Source: an uncultured Lachnospiraceae bacterium (GTDB taxonomy: Bacteria; Bacillota; Clostridia; Lachnospirales; Lachnospiraceae). Taken from it: a DNA stretch of 64,000 bases. Of the stretch, positions 38,292 through 48,869 are shown in pieces (within the stretch, counting starts at the first letter, position 1; each line of letters begins with the position of its first letter). A model generated the notes under the pieces. It was not told where the DNA came from. It saw nothing but the letters and a program-made list of their open reading frames with translations, and searched no databases. The position numbers and the translations under genes were made by a program. The stretch spans positions 8,017-72,016 of the forward strand of contig CACYXH010000003.1 of assembly GCA_902778245.1 (NCBI GenBank), in the 5' to 3' direction.

Positions 38292-39224
38292 TCAGTTTGC
38301 CTGCTGGGCAAATAATGCGTTCACAAACTCTTCAGCATCAAACTTTTGCAGATCGTCAATGGTCTCGCCCACTCCGACGTATTTCACCGGAATGCCAAGT
38401 TCAGAATGGATCGCCACTGCGATACCTCCCTTGGCTGTTCCATCCAGCTTTGTCAGAATAATGCCCGTAATATCGGTTACTTCCTCAAATTCTCTGGCCT
38501 GGGCCAGTGCGTTCTGTCCGGTAGTTCCGTCCAGCACCACCAGAGTCTCTTTATATGCCTCCGGATATTCCCGCTCAATAATGCGGTTGATCTTGCCCAG
38601 TTCGTTCATCAGATTTTTCTTGTTATGAAGCCGCCCCGCTGTATCACACAGCAGCACATCTGCATTTCTGGCTTTGGCCGCGGCAATGGCATCATACACG
38701 ACGGAACCGGGATCGGAACCTTCCTGCCCGCTGATAATATCCACATCAGCGCGTTTTGCCCACTCCGCCAACTGCTCACCGGCTGCCGCTCGGAACGTAT
38801 CCGCAGCCGCCAGCACCACTTTTTTTCCCTGATCCTTCAGCTTTCCGGCCAGCTTTCCCACACTGGTGGTCTTACCTACACCGTTTACGCCGATCACCAG
38901 AACCACGGATCTGCGATTTTCAAATTCATAAGCGGTTTCTCCCACATTCATCTCATCTTTGATGCTCTGAATCAGAAGCTTTTTGCACTCGGACGGTTCC
39001 TTAATGTTCTGTTCCTTGACCTTGCGCTTCAGATCCTCGATAATAGAAGTAGTGGCGTTTATGCCAATATCACCCATCACCAGGATTTCTTCTATTTCCT
39101 CGTAGAAGTCATCGTCAATACTGGAAAATCCGCTGAAAATCGAATCAATACCGGAAACGATATTGTCCCTGGTCTTGGTAAGACCAGATACCAGCCGCTT
39201 AAAAAAGCCCTTCTTTTCTTCCAT
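38292..39224 (-). CDS. ftsY: Signal recognition particle receptor FtsY
   Basis: 310 aa with [21 protein letters not shown] and [10 protein letters not shown]. Confidence 0.9.
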   Translation of the reverse strand: MEEKKGFFKRLVSGLTKTRDNIVSGIDSIFSGFSSIDDDFYEEIEEILVMGDIGINATTSIIEDLKRKVKEQNIKEPSECKKLLIQSIKDEMNVGETAYEFENRRSVVLVIGVNGVGKTTSVGKLAGKLKDQGKKVVLAAADTFRAAAGEQLAEWAKRADVDIISGQEGSDPGSVVYDAIAAAKARNADVLLCDTAGRLHNKKNLMNELGKINRIIEREYPEAYKETLVVLDGTTGQNALAQAREFEEVTDITGIILTKLDGTAKGGIAVAIHSELGIPVKYVGVGETIDDLQKFDAEEFVNALFAQQAN

Positions 39225-39260
39225 ATATCGTTCCTCCTTTCCTGAGTTAATATTCCTTAA

Positions 39261-42200
39261 CTATTTGTCAAGCTCTCCTTCTATCAGATTGACCGATACC
39301 AGGGCAGATACGCCTTTTTCCTGCATGGTGATGCCATATAGACGATCCGCCGCTGCCATGGTTCCTCTTCTATGAGTAATAATAATGAATTGCGTGTGCT
39401 TTGTCAACTTGCTAAGATATCCGGCATAACGCTCTACATTATTCTCATCCAATGCTGCTTCAATCTCATCCAGCAGACAAAACGGCGACGGCTTCAGGTT
39501 CTGGATCGCAAACAGCAGCGCTATAGCAGTCAGAGATTTTTCTCCGCCTGAGAGCTGCATCATATTCTGCAATTTCTTTCCAGGGGGCTGGGCAATGATC
39601 CGGATACCGGCTTCCAGAATATCTTCGTCTTCTACCAGTTCCAGCGTTCCCTTACCTCCGCCGAACAGCTGTTTAAATGCCTTATCAAACTCTGTCTGAA
39701 TCTTCACAAATTGTTCTTTAAACTGCGTGCGCATTCCTGCGTCAAGTTCTGCAATAATCTTCTGCAGCGCTGCCTCTGCTTTGATCAAATCTTCGTGTTG
39801 CGTTGACAGAAAGCTGTGACGCTCAGAGAGTTCTTTAAAATCCTCAATGGCATTTACGTTTACATTCCCCAATGCCTTAATCTCATTCTTCAGGGTACCG
39901 ATGTTCTTTCGTATCTGCGCCGTACTCCCCAAATCATCCCGCTTCAATTTCAGAGCCATGTTGTAGGTCAATTCATACTCCTCCCACATGTAAGAGATTC
40001 TGGCCTCCATGATCTCTTCCTGTTTTTCTTTCTGGCTGTTCAACCGGAAGCATTCTTTATCCAGGCGGGCTCTCTGTTCAGAAAGTTCTTCTCGTCTCTG
40101 GAAAAATGACTTCTGTATCTTATTCTTTTCCTCTTTTTGAATATTTAATCCTTCCACCTCGGTTCGAAGCCGTACCTCCGCTTCCCCGGCATCTTTGATG
40201 ACCGTTTCAACGGAAGATATTTCTGCAGTCTTCTGTTTGATCTGCGCTGCAGCATCGCCAATGCTGCCAAGGATTGTTTCTTTTTCTTCTTGCAACGCAG
40301 CAATTTCACAGGAGATGCGCTCCCGATTCTGCTGTTCAAATGCTTCTTCTTGCTGGATGGCGGCCAACTCAAGACGAACCCGCTCAGAATGTTGCGCGGC
40401 TGCCTTTTCCTGCTCCCGTATCTGCTCCAGTTCCTGCTGACGGTCAAGCACTTGCGCCTCCAGTTCATTTTCCCTTTTTTCAGAATCTTCCAGTTCCTGC
40501 CTGATACGGCTGCTGTGGACATCAATCTCTTTCTGCTGTCCTTCAATTTCCTGATTTTCCCTTCGGATCTGCTGATAACCGCTGATCGTCTGGTTCTTCT
40601 GGTTTTCCGTTTCTTTTAATTTCATACCCGCGGTATTCTGCTCCAGATATTTTTCCTGCAGCTGATCCCGCAGCCTAACCAGCACCTCCCGCAGCTGATT
40701 TCGTCTTGTCCTGCACTCATCTATATACTGGTGTAAGTCTTCTAATTCGTTTTTCCGATTTTTTACCTGCTCCTGGAGTTCTTCTATCTCACGTCTGCGC
40801 CCCAGCAGATTACTGCTGTTTTTGAACGCACCGCCGGTCATAGACCCGCCGGGACTCAGGGACTCGCCTTCCAGTGTAACAATGCGCAGAGAATAACGGT
40901 ATTTTCTGGCCACTGCCACCGCATGGTCAATATGATCCATGACAATGGTCCGGCCTAACAGATACTCCACCAGCTTCCCGTATTTGCCGTCCGCTGTCAC
41001 CAGAGTGCTGGCAAGTCCAATGACGCCATTTTCTTTTAGCACATTCTCCTGAGAAAATCCGCCTTTTCCGCTCATGGCAGTCAGAGGAAGAAATGTGGCG
41101 CGTCCGAAGCGGTTCTGCTTCAGGTAAGTGATCATACGCTTTGCAGTCTCTTCATCTTCCGTAACAATATTCTGAATGCTTCCTCCCAACGCGGTCTCCA
41201 CAGCAACCTCATATTTCTTCTCCGTCTTAATCAGATCGGCAACTACACCGTGAATGCCTTTTTCTTTTTCTCTCTGTTCCATCACACGGCGGATACTGTT
41301 GCCGTAGCCATCATACCGTTCCGTAATATTGCGCAGAGACTCCAGCCTGGAAGCCTCTCTGTGGTATTCTACCTGTTTACTTTCAAACTGCTGATTTGCC
41401 AGGGACAGTTTTTCCTGAACTTCTCCCAGTTCCTGGCCTGCCTGGCTGCTTCTTTCGTTCAGTTCGGAAATCTGAGCGCTGACTCGCTGGTAATCCGCCT
41501 TCAAGCTTCCCAGAACACTGTTCTGATCGTTCTCCTCGCTTTTTAGTTTCAGCACCTGCTGATTCAACTGCGCCCTGCGGATATTCATCTGCTCCAGCAT
41601 CGTATCGTACCGCTGTTTTTTTCCCTTAATAGAGGAACGCTCCTCCAGCAGACGTATGATCTCGTTTTTCCCGTTTTCTATCGCCACATTGCAATCTTCC
41701 ATCCGGTGCTGAACTTCCTGATGCGCATTCTCCGCCTGTTGTTTCTTCTCCTGCACCTCCTTCGCGCGAGATAAGAGCTGCTGCTGCTTTTCATTCGCCT
41801 GAAGCAGATCTCTTTCCCGCTCCGCAATATCCCTTTCCAGGCTGGTCATTCTTCCCTGAAGATGTTCATCACTTTGTATGGCGGTATTGATCTGTTCTTT
41901 TAACAGGGCAATCTGCCCTTCCATCTGCTGAGCATACAGACGCTTCTGGGTAATCTGTTCCTGCTTTTCCTGAAGCTCCCGACCGAGAATTTCCAATTCA
42001 CTCTCCAGAACATCATACTCTTCTCTGGCCTTTTCATATTCTTTCTTCGTATTTTCCAGATCATCCTCAGCAATTTTCAGTTTTTCCTGAATCGATGCCA
42101 AATTCTCTTTAATACTGTGAAACTCAATCAGGAACATATTAACATCATAAGCTTTCAGTTCCTCTTTTTTCTTTAAATAAATTTTGGCTGTCTCAGCCTG

Positions 42201-42821
42201 GCGTTCTAACGGTCCCAGCTGCCGGGTCAGTTCTGCAAGAATATCGTTCACACGCACCAGATTTTGCTGCTCGCTCTCCAGCTTCTTTTGGGCGGTGAGT
42301 TTTCTTCGTTTATATTTTACGATACCGGCCGCCTCGTCAAATAGTTCCCGGCGTTCCTCCGGTTTTCCGTTCAGTATCTTCTCAATCTGCCCTTGTCCTA
42401 TGATAGAGTAGCCTTCTTTTCCTATACCTGTGTCATAAAACAGCTCATTCACATCTTTCAAACGGCAGGCAACGCCATTGATCAGGTACTCACTTTCCCC
42501 TGAACGGTACAATCTCCTGGCTACGGTCACTTCATCATAGGAAATAGGGAGCTGGTGGTCAGAGTTATCCAAAGTGATGGCTACATAAGCGGAACCCAGC
42601 GGTTTGCGGTTCTCAGTTCCCGCAAAAATGATATCCTGCATACTGCCGCCTCGCAGCTCCTTTACTCTCTGTTCTCCCAATACCCATCGCACTGCATCTG
42701 CCACATTGCTTTTTCCGCTGCCGTTTGGTCCCACGATACCTGTAATCCCGTTATGAAACTGAAATACAATCTTATTCGCAAACGACTTAAAGCCTTGTAC
42801 TTCAATACTCTTTAAATACAT
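39261..42821 (-). CDS. smc: Chromosome segregation protein SMC
   Basis: About 1186 aa. The N-terminus is MYLKSIEVQGFKSF...GPNGSGKSN, followed by long coiled coils, a hinge, and the C-terminal LSGGEK...LDEIEAALD. The ATG shares 1 nt with the rnc stop (TGATG). Confidence 0.95.
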   Translation of the reverse strand: MYLKSIEVQGFKSFANKIVFQFHNGITGIVGPNGSGKSNVADAVRWVLGEQRVKELRGGSMQDIIFAGTENRKPLGSAYVAITLDNSDHQLPISYDEVTVARRLYRSGESEYLINGVACRLKDVNELFYDTGIGKEGYSIIGQGQIEKILNGKPEERRELFDEAAGIVKYKRRKLTAQKKLESEQQNLVRVNDILAELTRQLGPLERQAETAKIYLKKKEELKAYDVNMFLIEFHSIKENLASIQEKLKIAEDDLENTKKEYEKAREEYDVLESELEILGRELQEKQEQITQKRLYAQQMEGQIALLKEQINTAIQSDEHLQGRMTSLERDIAERERDLLQANEKQQQLLSRAKEVQEKKQQAENAHQEVQHRMEDCNVAIENGKNEIIRLLEERSSIKGKKQRYDTMLEQMNIRRAQLNQQVLKLKSEENDQNSVLGSLKADYQRVSAQISELNERSSQAGQELGEVQEKLSLANQQFESKQVEYHREASRLESLRNITERYDGYGNSIRRVMEQREKEKGIHGVVADLIKTEKKYEVAVETALGGSIQNIVTEDEETAKRMITYLKQNRFGRATFLPLTAMSGKGGFSQENVLKENGVIGLASTLVTADGKYGKLVEYLLGRTIVMDHIDHAVAVARKYRYSLRIVTLEGESLSPGGSMTGGAFKNSSNLLGRRREIEELQEQVKNRKNELEDLHQYIDECRTRRNQLREVLVRLRDQLQEKYLEQNTAGMKLKETENQKNQTISGYQQIRRENQEIEGQQKEIDVHSSRIRQELEDSEKRENELEAQVLDRQQELEQIREQEKAAAQHSERVRLELAAIQQEEAFEQQNRERISCEIAALQEEKETILGSIGDAAAQIKQKTAEISSVETVIKDAGEAEVRLRTEVEGLNIQKEEKNKIQKSFFQRREELSEQRARLDKECFRLNSQKEKQEEIMEARISYMWEEYELTYNMALKLKRDDLGSTAQIRKNIGTLKNEIKALGNVNVNAIEDFKELSERHSFLSTQHEDLIKAEAALQKIIAELDAGMRTQFKEQFVKIQTEFDKAFKQLFGGGKGTLELVEDEDILEAGIRIIAQPPGKKLQNMMQLSGGEKSLTAIALLFAIQNLKPSPFCLLDEIEAALDENNVERYAGYLSKLTKHTQFIIITHRRGTMAAADRLYGITMQEKGVSALVSVNLIEGELDK

Positions 42822-43516
42822 CACTCATTCCCTCTCAATGCGATAATGGCGTGGTATGCAGCCTCCTGTTCCGCCGCTTTTTTTGTACTTCCTACGCCTC
42901 TTCCCTCCGTCTTACCGCCGAGTTTTACCTCCACGATAAACCGTTTTGCGTGATCCGGACCTTCTTCTCCAACCAAATCGTAGTTGATTTCTTCATCCCG
43001 GTATTCTCCCTGTACGATTTCCTGCAGGATCGTTTTGCTATCATAAAAGAGTTTCTTATGTTCGATGTCTGTTAGAACAAATTTTCTCACAAACTCTTTT
43101 GCATTAGCAAAACTACCATCCAGATAAATCGCTCCGATCAAAGCCTCCAGTGCATCCGATACAATGGAGTTTCGTTGCCTCCCACCGGTATGTTCTTCCC
43201 CTTTCCCCAACAACAGATAATCCGGCAGATCTATCTCTCTGGCACAGAGAGCCAGCGTTGGCTCACACACAATACTGGCCCGCAGCTTTGTCATATCGCC
43301 CTCCGGCATATCCGGATATTCTAAAAACAAAAATTCACTGCTGGCAAGTTCTAAAACAGCGTCCCCCAGAAATTCCAGACGTTCATTATCTTTCCGGTGT
43401 TCCTGCTTATGTTCATTGGCATAAGAGCTGTGGCTCAGTGCCTGCCATAATAAATCCTTGTTTTCGAACCGATACCCGATCCTTTCCTGCAAATATCTCA
43501 TTTTTTCTTCTGTCAT
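42821..43516 (-). CDS. rnc: Ribonuclease III
   Basis: 231 aa. ERLEFLGDAVLEL is the RNase III signature, and there is a C-terminal dsRBD. Confidence 0.9.
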   Translation of the reverse strand: MTEEKMRYLQERIGYRFENKDLLWQALSHSSYANEHKQEHRKDNERLEFLGDAVLELASSEFLFLEYPDMPEGDMTKLRASIVCEPTLALCAREIDLPDYLLLGKGEEHTGGRQRNSIVSDALEALIGAIYLDGSFANAKEFVRKFVLTDIEHKKLFYDSKTILQEIVQGEYRDEEINYDLVGEEGPDHAKRFIVEVKLGGKTEGRGVGSTKKAAEQEAAYHAIIALRGNE

Positions 43517-43571
43517 CTTTCACCTCACATATACAAGCTGGGGCTTTTTGCCCCTTGCACGGCCCTGCGCA

Positions 43572-43617
43572 TATAAAATGGGTTCCATATTCGGCTTTAC
43601 CCACCGGCTATGGAACC
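43572..43617 (-). terminator. Hairpin/attenuator between acpP and rnc
   Basis: GGTTCCATA-19 nt-TATGGAACC is followed by CATTTTAT on the minus strand. A second GGGGC-AAAAA-GCCCC hairpin lies downstream. Confidence 0.45.
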
Positions 43618-43646
43618 TTTCTCCATTCTGCACATCCTAGATATTG

Positions 43647-43877
43647 TCAGCCAATGGCGCTTTTGATCGCCTCTGCGGCGTCACCGACTGTAACGATTTT
43701 CTCAGCTTCTTCGGTCGGTATCTCAATATCAAACTCCTCTTCAATGCCCATAATAATTTGAAATACATCCAAAGAATCTGCTCCCAGGTCATCAACAAAT
43801 GTAGTATCCGGTGTGATCTCGTCCACATCTACATTCAAGACCTCCGCAATAATTTGCTGTAGTTTTTCAAATTCCAT
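43647..43877 (-). CDS. acpP: Acyl carrier protein
   Basis: 76 aa. DLGADSLD contains the phosphopantetheine-attachment serine. Confidence 0.9.
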   Translation of the reverse strand: MEFEKLQQIIAEVLNVDVDEITPDTTFVDDLGADSLDVFQIIMGIEEEFDIEIPTEEAEKIVTVGDAAEAIKSAIG

Positions 43878-43889
43878 AATTTCCTCTCC

Positions 43890-44906
43890 TTATTTTTCAT
43901 TTTCAGCAGCAATATGCTCTTTTATTTTCTCATTTATCTTCTGTTCCTTAAACAAGGCACATTGAATAATGGAATTTTCCACCTCAATCGCTTTCGCACT
44001 GCCGTGAGTTTTCACTACCAGGCCTTTTAACCCCAGCAACGGGGCACCGCCGTATTTTGCGGCGTCAAATGCCTTTAATGCATTTTTTAAAGCTGGTTTT
44101 ACCAAAAGAGCTCCTATTTTGCTTCTAAGGGAACTCATCATTCCCTGCTTTACCACATCCAGCAGCGTAGCTGCCGTTCCCTCGTACATCTTTAAAATCA
44201 CATTTCCTGTAAATGCCTCACAGACCACCACGTCGCAGACACCTGCAGAAATATCTCTGGCCTCCACGCTGCCGATAAAATTCAATTCCGCACACCCTTT
44301 TAATAACGGAAATGTTTCTTTCACTAACGCGTTTCCTTTTTCTTCCTCGGCTCCGATATTTACAATACCCACGGTAGGATTTTTCTTGCCGATCACACGT
44401 TCCATATAAATGGAACCCATTCTGGCGAACTGTACCAGATGAGAAGATCTGGCATCCACATTCGCCCCGCAATCCAGAAGAAGCGTCACACCTGTTTTGG
44501 TAGGTATTATAGAAGCAAGAGGCGGTCTTTCAATCCCTCGGATGCGGCCGACGATCACCTGGCCTCCCACCAGCACCGCGCCGGAACTGCCGGCGGACAC
44601 AAAGGCGTCTGCCTCCTGACGCTTCACCATATTCATTCCCACCACGATAGAGGAATCCTTCTTGCCCCGAATAGCGGCTACCGGAGGTTCTGCTGTCGCA
44701 ATCACTTCAGAAGCATGTACTACCTCAATCTGTCCGGCAGGATAGGAATACTGTTTCAATTCGCTCTCCACCACATCCCGGATACCGATCAGCACGACCT
44801 GAATATCCTGACGGCGGTTCACGGCATTTACTGCGCCCTTGATTATCTCAGAGGGAGCATTGTCTCCGCCCATGGCATCCACTGCCACACGAATTCTCTC
44901 ACTCAT
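43890..44906 (-). CDS. plsX: Phosphate acyltransferase PlsX
   Basis: 338 aa with RVAVDAMGGDNAP at the N-terminus. Confidence 0.9.
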   Translation of the reverse strand: MSERIRVAVDAMGGDNAPSEIIKGAVNAVNRRQDIQVVLIGIRDVVESELKQYSYPAGQIEVVHASEVIATAEPPVAAIRGKKDSSIVVGMNMVKRQEADAFVSAGSSGAVLVGGQVIVGRIRGIERPPLASIIPTKTGVTLLLDCGANVDARSSHLVQFARMGSIYMERVIGKKNPTVGIVNIGAEEEKGNALVKETFPLLKGCAELNFIGSVEARDISAGVCDVVVCEAFTGNVILKMYEGTAATLLDVVKQGMMSSLRSKIGALLVKPALKNALKAFDAAKYGGAPLLGLKGLVVKTHGSAKAIEVENSIIQCALFKEQKINEKIKEHIAAENEK

Positions 44907-44964
44907 TTTCCTACCTCCTCACATCTATAGAATAATATACTAAACATCATTCTAAAAAGCAACC

Positions 44965-45004
44965 AAAAAATGGCTGCTACAGAATCTTTTGTTCCGCAGC
45001 AGCC
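44965..45004 (-). terminator. Rho-independent terminator after rpmF
   Basis: GGCTGCTGCGGAAC-loop-GTAGCAGCC is followed by ATTTTTTGG on the minus strand. Confidence 0.6.
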
Positions 45005-45021
45005 AATTTCATGCTACCCTA

Positions 45022-45204
45022 TTACTCGCCCATAGCAATGATTTCTTTTTTGTTGTAACTTCCACAAGCCTTGCACACTCTGTGAGGCATCATTAAAGCG
45101 CCGCACTTGCTGCATTTCACCAGATTCGGAGCAGACATTTTCCAGTTTGCTCTTCTGCTGTCTCTTCTGGCTTTGGAATGTTTGTTTTTCGGACAGATCG
45201 ACAT
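45022..45204 (-). CDS. rpmF: 50S ribosomal protein L32
   Basis: 60 aa with PKNKHSKARRDSRRA and a CxxC...CxxC zinc ribbon. Confidence 0.85.
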   Translation of the reverse strand: MSICPKNKHSKARRDSRRANWKMSAPNLVKCSKCGALMMPHRVCKACGSYNKKEIIAMGE

Positions 45205-45207
45205 GGT

Positions 45208-45732
45208 TTACACCTCCTTAAAATTACTGAAGATATCACGGATTTTCGCCATCCTGGGATCTAAATCTGTGCGGTCACAGCTGCAAGTCCCACGGTTTAA
45301 ATTCTGACCACAGACCTTGCACAATCCCTTGCATTCTCCCTTACAAAGAACTCGGGACGGCCAGTTTTGCAGTGCTTCACCATAGACAAGCTTATCCACA
45401 TCCAGGTTATATCCATTTAAAAAAGCACTTTCATCTAATGCGTTCAGGCGTTCCTCCTGGGAAAGCTTCATATCCGCTTCCTGATCAAACTCGACAGGCA
45501 ACAGAGTTGCCACATTCTCCAGGCAGCGCGCACATGGAATAATCACTTTCAAAACAATCCTTCCCTGCAGACGCAGTACCTTATTGCCGGTATTCTCCAC
45601 CGTAAGAGACAGCGGTGATGCTTCTGCTATGGGATAACTCCCAAAAGGAAAATCAAACTGTTTCAATGTTATCTCTTCCTGTCTCCTGACGACTTTTCCT
45701 TCATTTAAAATGACTTCTGTCAGGTTCAACAA
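45208..45732 (-). CDS. yceD: YceD-family (DUF177) 23S rRNA accumulation protein
   Basis: 174 aa with a TTG start after AGGAGG. It has a Cys-rich C-terminus (CKGLCKVCGQNLN...CSC) and sits directly upstream of rpmF. Confidence 0.8.
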   Translation of the reverse strand: MLNLTEVILNEGKVVRRQEEITLKQFDFPFGSYPIAEASPLSLTVENTGNKVLRLQGRIVLKVIIPCARCLENVATLLPVEFDQEADMKLSQEERLNALDESAFLNGYNLDVDKLVYGEALQNWPSRVLCKGECKGLCKVCGQNLNRGTCSCDRTDLDPRMAKIRDIFSNFKEV

Positions 45733-45761
45733 TGCGCACTCCTCCTTAACACACGCATTTC

Positions 45762-45790
45762 ATTATAAGTGCTGCGCGTGGGTTTGTCAA
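45762..45790 (-). promoter_or_regulatory. Consensus sigma-A promoter TTGACA-17-TATAAT for yceD-rpmF
   Basis: Both hexamers are perfect, read directly on the minus strand. Confidence 0.55.
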
Positions 45791-45841
45791 GTATTTCTTA
45801 TTGCTAATTCATGAACGCAGCAGCACGAAACTCATTCTTCA

Positions 45842-47035
45842 TTATTTTACCAGTTCTACTGTTTCGCGGCAGATCGCAAGTTCTTCGTTGGTGGGGATAA
45901 CTGCCACTTTCACCTTGGAATCCGGCGTAGAAAGGATAAAGTTCTCTCCGCGTTTTTTGTTCTGCTCCGGGTCGATGGCGATGCCAAGGTATCCCAGATA
46001 ACTAAGAACTTTCTCTCTAACAATCCCCGCATTCTCTCCTATACCGCCGGTAAATGCGATAGCATCCACGCCATTCATTGCGGTCACATAGGAACCGATG
46101 TATTTTGCTACGCGATAGCTAAATGCGTCGATGGCAAGGCCGGCAGCTTCATTTCCGGCGTTCATCGCGTCTTCCAGATCCCGGAAATCGCTGGACAGAT
46201 TATTGGAAAGGGCATATACACCAGACTCTTTATTCAGGATTCGAACCATTTCCTTTATATCAAAATTCTCTTTTTTGCACACAAATTCCAGAACCGCCGG
46301 ATCCAGATCACCGGAACGGGTACCCATGATCAAACCTTCCAATGGAGTAAGACCCATGGAAGTATCCACACACTTACTATTCTCTACTGCGCTAATGGAT
46401 GCGCCGTTGCCAAGATGCGCAACGATGACCTTAGAATTATCTTTGTCCAGCCCCAGATATTTGATAGTCTCTTTAGATACGAAACTGTGGGATGTTCCGT
46501 GGAAGCCGTACTTACGCACCGCATAGTCCTCATAAAACTTTGTGGGGATCGCATATCTGTATGCTTTCGCCGGCATGGTCTGATGGAATGCGGTATCAAA
46601 CACAGCCACATTCGGTTTGCCCGGCATCAGTTCCATGCAGGCCCGGATACCCATCAGGTTTGCCGGATTGTGCAGCGGTCCAAGGTCGCAGCACTCATCA
46701 ATCACAGCGATCACCTCGTCGTCGATCACCCGGGATTCCGTAATCTTGGAACCACCGTGCAGAACGCGATGACCGATAGCCTCTACTTCATCAAGACTCT
46801 TTAACACACCGGTCTTTGGATTTACCAACGCATCCAGTACCATACGGATCGCTTCCGTATGTGTTGGCATAGGAGCCTCGGTAATTTCTTTTTCACCGCC
46901 CGCCGGCTGATAAACCAGTCTTCCGTCGATACCAATACGCTCGCAAAGGCCTTTTGCCGCCACTTCTTCTGTATCGGAATTGATCACCTGATATTTCAGA
47001 GAGGAACTTCCGCAATTTACAACTAAAACATTCAT
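45842..47035 (-). CDS. ackA: Acetate kinase
   Basis: 397 aa with MNVLVVNCGSSSLKYQ, HRVLHGG and GFHGTSH. Confidence 0.95.
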   Translation of the reverse strand: MNVLVVNCGSSSLKYQVINSDTEEVAAKGLCERIGIDGRLVYQPAGGEKEITEAPMPTHTEAIRMVLDALVNPKTGVLKSLDEVEAIGHRVLHGGSKITESRVIDDEVIAVIDECCDLGPLHNPANLMGIRACMELMPGKPNVAVFDTAFHQTMPAKAYRYAIPTKFYEDYAVRKYGFHGTSHSFVSKETIKYLGLDKDNSKVIVAHLGNGASISAVENSKCVDTSMGLTPLEGLIMGTRSGDLDPAVLEFVCKKENFDIKEMVRILNKESGVYALSNNLSSDFRDLEDAMNAGNEAAGLAIDAFSYRVAKYIGSYVTAMNGVDAIAFTGGIGENAGIVREKVLSYLGYLGIAIDPEQNKKRGENFILSTPDSKVKVAVIPTNEELAICRETVELVK

Positions 47036-47060
47036 GGGTCTTCTACCTCCATTTTTTCAT

Positions 47061-47187
47061 TTTCTATTTCTGGCCTTTTGTGGCGCATAAGGAGCGCGCC
47101 GCAAAATCCGCCTTCCGGCGGATACGCCCCTTACGGGCCTAGGCAAATACGAAATAGAAACGCCTGATGCGTTTCTATTTCTGGGCC
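47061..47187 (-). other. Structured GC-rich intergenic element between pta and ackA, bounded by 13-nt direct repeats
   Basis: TTTCTATTTCTGG occurs at 47061-47073 and at 47172-47184. A 13-bp perfect hairpin (47151-47181) spans the pta stop codon. Three short GC hairpins lie in between, two of them with GNRA loops on the sense (minus) strand. Confidence 0.5.
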
Positions 47188-48167
47188 TGAACAGCAGTCA
47201 TCGCTACGACGCCGACGATGTCATCCGCAAAGCACCCTCTGGACAGATCATTTACCGGCATGGAAAGTCCCTGCAGGACCGGTCCGTATGCGTTCGCTTT
47301 CGCCAGTCTCTGTACCAGTTTGTAACCGATATTTCCTGCCTCAAGGCTGGGGAATACCAGAGTATTGGCATGTCCGGCCACCTTACTGCCCGGGGCTTTC
47401 AACTCTGCCACACTGGGAACAAGAGCTGCATCCAGCTGCAGTTCACCGTCCAGCGCGATCTCCGGATATTTCTCTTTGGCAATCTTGACTGCCTCCTGTA
47501 CTTTTGTTACATTATCATGCTTTGCACTGCCCATGGTTGAGAAAGAAAGCAGCGCAACCTTAGGCTCCGCACCCACAAAGCTTGAGAAAGACTCCGCGGA
47601 GAGCGCCGCCACTTCCGCCATCTGCTCCGCATTCACTTCCGGCATAACCGCGCAGTCCGCGAACACAAACAATCCATTCTCCCCAAACGCACAGTTTGGA
47701 ACTTCCATCAGGAAAAATCCGGAAACACTGCTGATGCCTGGTTTTGTCTTTAAAAGCTGCAATGCCGGACGTATCGTATTACCGGTAGAATGGCATGCGC
47801 CGGACACTACGCCGTCCGCGTCGCCGCACTTACACATCAGGCAGGCATAATACATATAATCTTTCTCCATCTGTTCCTGAGCCTGCTCCGGGGTAACTCC
47901 CTTTTTCGCCCGGAGTTCTACAAATTTGTCAATATATTTCTGCTTATTCGGATCGTTGAACGGATCTACGATAGTAGCTCCGGAAATATCATATCCCTCT
48001 CCGTATTCTTTGATTTCTTCCGGAGTACCGATGATCACAATATTCGCGATCCCCTCCTTCAAAATTTTCTCTGCTGCGTCATAGGTTCTCTTGTCCATGG
48101 ACTCCGGCAGAACGATCGTCTTTTTGTCTGCTTTCGCCTTTGCTTTGATCTCATCAATAAATCCCAT
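47175..48167 (-). CDS. pta: Phosphate acetyltransferase
   Basis: Start at MGFIDEIKAKAKADKKTIVLPES (AAGGAG RBS). 330 aa. It ends in a TAG stop. Confidence 0.9.
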   Translation of the reverse strand: MGFIDEIKAKAKADKKTIVLPESMDKRTYDAAEKILKEGIANIVIIGTPEEIKEYGEGYDISGATIVDPFNDPNKQKYIDKFVELRAKKGVTPEQAQEQMEKDYMYYACLMCKCGDADGVVSGACHSTGNTIRPALQLLKTKPGISSVSGFFLMEVPNCAFGENGLFVFADCAVMPEVNAEQMAEVAALSAESFSSFVGAEPKVALLSFSTMGSAKHDNVTKVQEAVKIAKEKYPEIALDGELQLDAALVPSVAELKAPGSKVAGHANTLVFPSLEAGNIGYKLVQRLAKANAYGPVLQGLSMPVNDLSRGCFADDIVGVVAMTAVQAQK

Positions 48168-48347
48168 GATGAATGAACTCCTTTCGTAAATGATAAACAT
48201 AATGTATGAGATAATCGGCATACAGCCTGCCGATTGGCACTGTTTTGATTATAAACTATTTTCTGTACCCGTACAAGCCAAAAATTTCCATATCTCCATT
48301 AATTATTATTATCTATTCAGTACCTTCCTGGAAACGATGCAAATATC

Positions 48348-48821
48348 TTAAGATAATGTATCTTCTATCAGCTCCGTTCCGTCTGCCGCCGAAGTGGCCA
48401 GCTTATCGCATCGCTCGTTCTGGGGATGGCCGTCATGTCCTTTGACCCAGATAAACTCTACCTGGTGAGGCGCCATCGCCGCCAACAACCGCTTCCAGAG
48501 TTCCACGTTTTTTACCGGTTCATTCTTCCCCCTCTTCCAGCCTTTTTTCAGCCAGCTGTCAATCCAATGCTGGTTAAATGCATCCACCAGATATTTGGAA
48601 TCAGAATAAAGCTGCACCTGACACGGCTTTGTCAGTGCCTCCAACCCTACGATTGCCGCCATCAATTCCATGCGATTGTTTGTGGTTTTTACGTATCCCT
48701 GACTGTACTCCCGGGTGTGCAGCTGCCCTTTCGTATCCACATATTCTAAAATTGTTCCGTATCCTCCCGGTCCATCCGGATTCCCTCTGGCCGCGCCGTC
48801 TGTAAATATTTTTACCAACAT
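48348..48821 (-). CDS. rnhA: Ribonuclease HI
   Basis: 157 aa with [12 protein letters not shown]-like, TNNRMEL and NERCDKLA motifs. Confidence 0.85.
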   Translation of the reverse strand: MLVKIFTDGAARGNPDGPGGYGTILEYVDTKGQLHTREYSQGYVKTTNNRMELMAAIVGLEALTKPCQVQLYSDSKYLVDAFNQHWIDSWLKKGWKRGKNEPVKNVELWKRLLAAMAPHQVEFIWVKGHDGHPQNERCDKLATSAADGTELIEDTLS

Positions 48822-48869
48822 GTTCTGCCACTCCTTCGATACTGTTTTTTCGTTATTATTTTTAACCGA

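Noticed and set aside
47075-47150. The three consecutive GC-rich hairpins between pta and ackA might be a tRNA-like or other known small RNA gene.
   Set aside because: Stem and loop sizes (4-6 bp stems, 4-5-nt or 9-nt loops) do not fit a cloverleaf, since there is no 7-nt anticodon loop, T-loop or acceptor stem. I recognise no other RNA family. It is reported instead as an unclassified structured element.
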